A stretch of DNA of 36,917 nt from contig CBEVQU010000002.1 in assembly GCA_965552115.1 (NCBI GenBank), positions 1-36,917 on the forward strand. Reading direction: 5' to 3'. The DNA is from an uncultured bacterium (GTDB lineage: Bacteria > Patescibacteriota > Minisyncoccia > Minisyncoccales > CAZLLZ01). The notes beneath the pieces were generated by a model that was not told where the DNA came from, did not search any database, and worked only from the letters and a program-made list of their open reading frames with translations. Shown here piece by piece: positions 34,412-36,917 of the stretch. Made by a program: the position numbers and the translations under genes. The first letter of the stretch is position 1, and every line of letters begins with the position of its first letter.

Positions 34412-35416
34412 ATGATAGAATTTAATTACAATAAAAGAATTCTTATGGATAACAAAGCTAAGAAAATAAAAATTTCTTTTTCGTTGGACAAAAGAATTTT
34501 TTGTCTTTATTGTGCTTTGGTTTCATGTAATATTCATGAGAAATTCAAAAAAAATTTATCAAAGAGTAATTTTTATAAAGAGCTACAGAGTCATTTTCAG
34601 CACCTCAAACTTAGTAGCAGAAAAAAACTAGAGCATTTTTTTAATCGGAATCATTATTTCCAATATCTTTGTTGGGTCCTTCGTCATTCTGATTTTCCTG
34701 AATTTAAGCTAAGAACAAGAAATAAAGATTCTCTTCAAAAGCCAGATAGTTGGTTTGATGGTTTTGATGAAGTTTTGAGAAGGTTTTATAAAGAAGCGGA
34801 AATAAAAAAACTTTGGGAAAGATCAAAACCAAAGTATCAAAAAATAATTTTTCTTTATCAAGAAGAAACGGAAAAGAAGATTTTAGAAGTAATCAGACGT
34901 GTAAGAGAAAAAAAAATAAAATTGTATTTTAACGAAATAGTATTAATCCCCAATCTTTTAGAGGCAATAGGGGTAGGTTTTGCTCCGATGATTCCTCCAA
35001 GAGCTTATATAATTTTCGGCCCTTCTACTAAAAAAGTTAATACTTCCTTAATTATTCATGAGTTTTTACATCATTTGATTAATCCTTTGCTTGAAGAAAA
35101 AGAGATAAAAAAGAAACTCATAATTTTTAGAAAAAAGTATTTTTCTTTTACAACTCCTTTATCAAGAAAATTCTATCCTAAATGGAGTTGGATTGCCTCA
35201 GAATATTTTGTTCGAGCTTTTCAAGCAACTCTCATTCAAAATAAAATCGAAAGAGAAAAATTTCTTAAAATGGAAGAAAAGCAAGGTTTTCCTAAAATCA
35301 AATGGTTTTTTTACTGCTTTCAAAAATTTAAACATAGAGATTCCATGAGAAAACAAATAATCGAAATTCTTGATGAGTTATCCAAAAGTAAAAATTTAGG
35401 ATTAACAGAGGATTAG
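34412..35416 (+). CDS. HEXXH metallopeptidase-like protein (DUF4932-like)
   Basis: IIHEFLHHLINP...YPKW..IASEYFVRA...EEKQGF; the true start may be ATG 34445. Confidence 0.7.
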   Translation: MIEFNYNKRILMDNKAKKIKISFSLDKRIFCLYCALVSCNIHEKFKKNLSKSNFYKELQSHFQHLKLSSRKKLEHFFNRNHYFQYLCWVLRHSDFPEFKLRTRNKDSLQKPDSWFDGFDEVLRRFYKEAEIKKLWERSKPKYQKIIFLYQEETEKKILEVIRRVREKKIKLYFNEIVLIPNLLEAIGVGFAPMIPPRAYIIFGPSTKKVNTSLIIHEFLHHLINPLLEEKEIKKKLIIFRKKYFSFTTPLSRKFYPKWSWIASEYFVRAFQATLIQNKIEREKFLKMEEKQGFPKIKWFFYCFQKFKHRDSMRKQIIEILDELSKSKNLGLTED

Positions 35417-35471
35417 CTTTTTAGAATATATCAAAGATTTTTTAACAGAAGAAAAATGTTTTTAAAATTTT

Positions 35472-35551
35472 GGCTTGACAGATAAATTTGGAATAAAGTA
35501 TAAAAAAAAATAAATTGCTGTTTAAAATAAAATATGGAGGTGAAAAAATGG
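35472..35551 (+). repeat. Duplicated promoter-leader-RBS cassette, copy 2
   Basis: Differs from copy 1 by two substitutions and two A-run lengths. Confidence 0.92.
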
Positions 35552-35661
35552 AAGATAAAAAAGAATTTGTTAAGAAAGTTCTTTCTGATATTAAGAAAGA
35601 AGAGAAAGATATGAAACCAGATGATTGGAGAGGTCTTCTTCATAATTGGATAAAATGCTAA
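35548..35661 (+). CDS. 37-aa peptide not in the ORF track (candidate RiPP precursor)
   Basis: MEDKKEFVKKVLSDIKKEEKDMKPDDWRGLLHNWIKC*; preceded by GGAGGTG and TTGACA, immediately followed by a terminator. Confidence 0.75.
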   Translation: MEDKKEFVKKVLSDIKKEEKDMKPDDWRGLLHNWIKC

Positions 35662-35663
35662 AT

Positions 35664-35693
35664 TGGGCTAAGCTAATTTTTAGCCCATTTTTT
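35664..35693 (+). terminator. Intrinsic terminator after the 37-aa peptide gene
   Basis: tgggctaa/ttagccca stem followed by T6. Confidence 0.75.
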
Positions 35694-35730
35694 ATATTGT
35701 ATTTTTTTTAGAAACTGATAAAATTTGATT

Positions 35731-36609
35731 ATGAACTGGAAACTAAAAAAAATTATTACCAAAGATGGGATTAATCTAGAAGGGATATTTTTTCTTCCTC
35801 CGAGTCATAAGAATAAAGGAATACTTTTTATTCACGGTTTCACAGGAAATTTTTATAGTAATATTGAAATACTCAATGCTTTGGCAGAGAGACTTGGAAA
35901 ATTTGGGTTTGGTGTTGCATCTTTTAATACGCGGGGTCATGATATTATTAGTTGGATTCGCTGCGAAGGAAAAAAAGAAAAGAAGCTATTAATTCTAGGT
36001 GGAGCTTTTGAAAAATTTGAAGATTGTATTTTAGATATAGAAGCTGGCTTGAAGTTTTTACATTCTCAAGGTTTTAATGATCTTATATTAATAGGAATAA
36101 GTACTGGGGCAGACAAAGTAGCTTATTATTTATCTAAACCTCATAGTAAGTTAATTAGAGGCGCAGTTTTTCTATCACCCGCTGACAATATTTTAATTGG
36201 CCGAAAAGAGTTAGGGAAAAAGCTTGATACGATCTTAAAGAAAACAAAAAGAATGATAAAAATAGGCAAAAAGAATGAGCTTATTTTAGATCCATTACTT
36301 GAATTTCCTATTTCTTATCATCGTTTTTTTAGCTTGTACCAAGAAGGAAGCAATGAAAATGTCTTTGTTTTTCATAGTCGGGTAAAAAAGTCCAAGGTTT
36401 TATCAAGGATTAAAGAACCTATTTTTTTAATATTAGGAGAGAAAGATAGATATTTATATAATTATTCTCCTCAGTTTGTAATAAGAATCATTAAAAGAAA
36501 TATTTATTCGAGTTTTAAATCAGCGGTAATAAAAGACGCAGGCCATAACTTCAAAGGTAAAGAAAAAAAATTAGCCAATTTGATTGCTAATTGGATTAAG
36601 AAACTATAA
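35731..36609 (+). CDS. Alpha/beta hydrolase (DUF1749-like serine hydrolase)
   Basis: FIHGFTGNFY, RGHD, nucleophile GISTG, GEKD, AGHNF. Confidence 0.85.
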   Translation: MNWKLKKIITKDGINLEGIFFLPPSHKNKGILFIHGFTGNFYSNIEILNALAERLGKFGFGVASFNTRGHDIISWIRCEGKKEKKLLILGGAFEKFEDCILDIEAGLKFLHSQGFNDLILIGISTGADKVAYYLSKPHSKLIRGAVFLSPADNILIGRKELGKKLDTILKKTKRMIKIGKKNELILDPLLEFPISYHRFFSLYQEGSNENVFVFHSRVKKSKVLSRIKEPIFLILGEKDRYLYNYSPQFVIRIIKRNIYSSFKSAVIKDAGHNFKGKEKKLANLIANWIKKL

Positions 36610-36758
36610 CTTAATTATTATTTTTTAGTTAGTCCCTGATGTTTTTTTCAGTCTTTTTACTGGAATTTTAAGATATTTTGTTCTAATAACAGCTGGAAAC
36701 TAGCTTCATTTTTGACATTATTTAAGGAGTGTAATATATAAAAGAGAGGTGATGTAAG

Positions 36759-36917
36759 GTGTCTAATCAAATAAGTGCATTAAAAAGTAAATATGGAAAT
36801 GAGAAGATAAAGGAATACTGGTTTTCCATTCAGCTTAAACCGGTAGGAAGTGCGTGTAATATCGCAAGAGGATGGCGATCGAGGAGAGTTACCGGGGCCT
36901 CAAAGCTCTTTTGGGCC
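36759..36917 (+). CDS. N-terminus of anSME/SPASM-like radical SAM protein, partial and interrupted
   Basis: GAGGTGA RBS, GTG start, MSNQISALKSKYGNEKIKEYWFSIQLKPVGSACNI; KPxGxxCN is the anSME-type lead-in to CxxxCxxC, but the 2nd and 3rd Cys are absent. Confidence 0.65.
   Translation, partial: MSNQISALKSKYGNEKIKEYWFSIQLKPVGSACNIARGWRSRRVTGASKLFWA

Noticed and set aside
35431-35643. 70-aa minus-strand ORF
   Set aside because: Antisense shadow of the cassette and the 37-aa plus-strand peptide gene
36850-36860. Group II intron 5' end (GTGCG)
   Set aside because: These bases encode the conserved S-A-C-N of the radical SAM motif; the divergence begins later

Overview
AT-rich (roughly 30% GC by eye), densely coding bacterial window, almost entirely on the + strand. 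The gene set and the mostly SD-less starts suggest a Patescibacteria/CPR (Parcubacteria-like) genome; this is inference, as no marker rRNA is present. From left to right: (i) housekeeping and sugar genes (map 3' end, GT2, galT, tpiA, YkuK-like). (ii) A DUF5320-NifX-CDF-MinD/ferredoxin-DUF134 metal/Fe-S operon interrupted by an AhpD-like gene and a UDG/LigD-PE/HD/SplB-like block. (iii) An AbrB-led type I restriction-modification locus with four extra genes interleaved. (iv) A decayed stretch with a NUDIX pseudogene and gene remnants. (v) A GH-A hydrolase, a divergent ftsZ, galU, nnrD, trxB, GT4, eno, a polyprenyl synthase, a structured C-rich intergenic RNA candidate and an HDAC. (vi) The most interesting part, 33.2-36.9 kb, a candidate RiPP/peptide-modification island. 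It holds two separately terminated small peptide genes (a 52-aa 8-Cys peptide and an unannotated 37-aa peptide ending HNWIKC), a duplicated ~80-bp promoter/RBS cassette, an unknown helical protein, an HEXXH metallopeptidase, an alpha/beta hydrolase and the start of an anSME-like radical SAM gene that breaks off into GC-rich structured sequence at the window end. No tRNA, rRNA or CRISPR array was seen.
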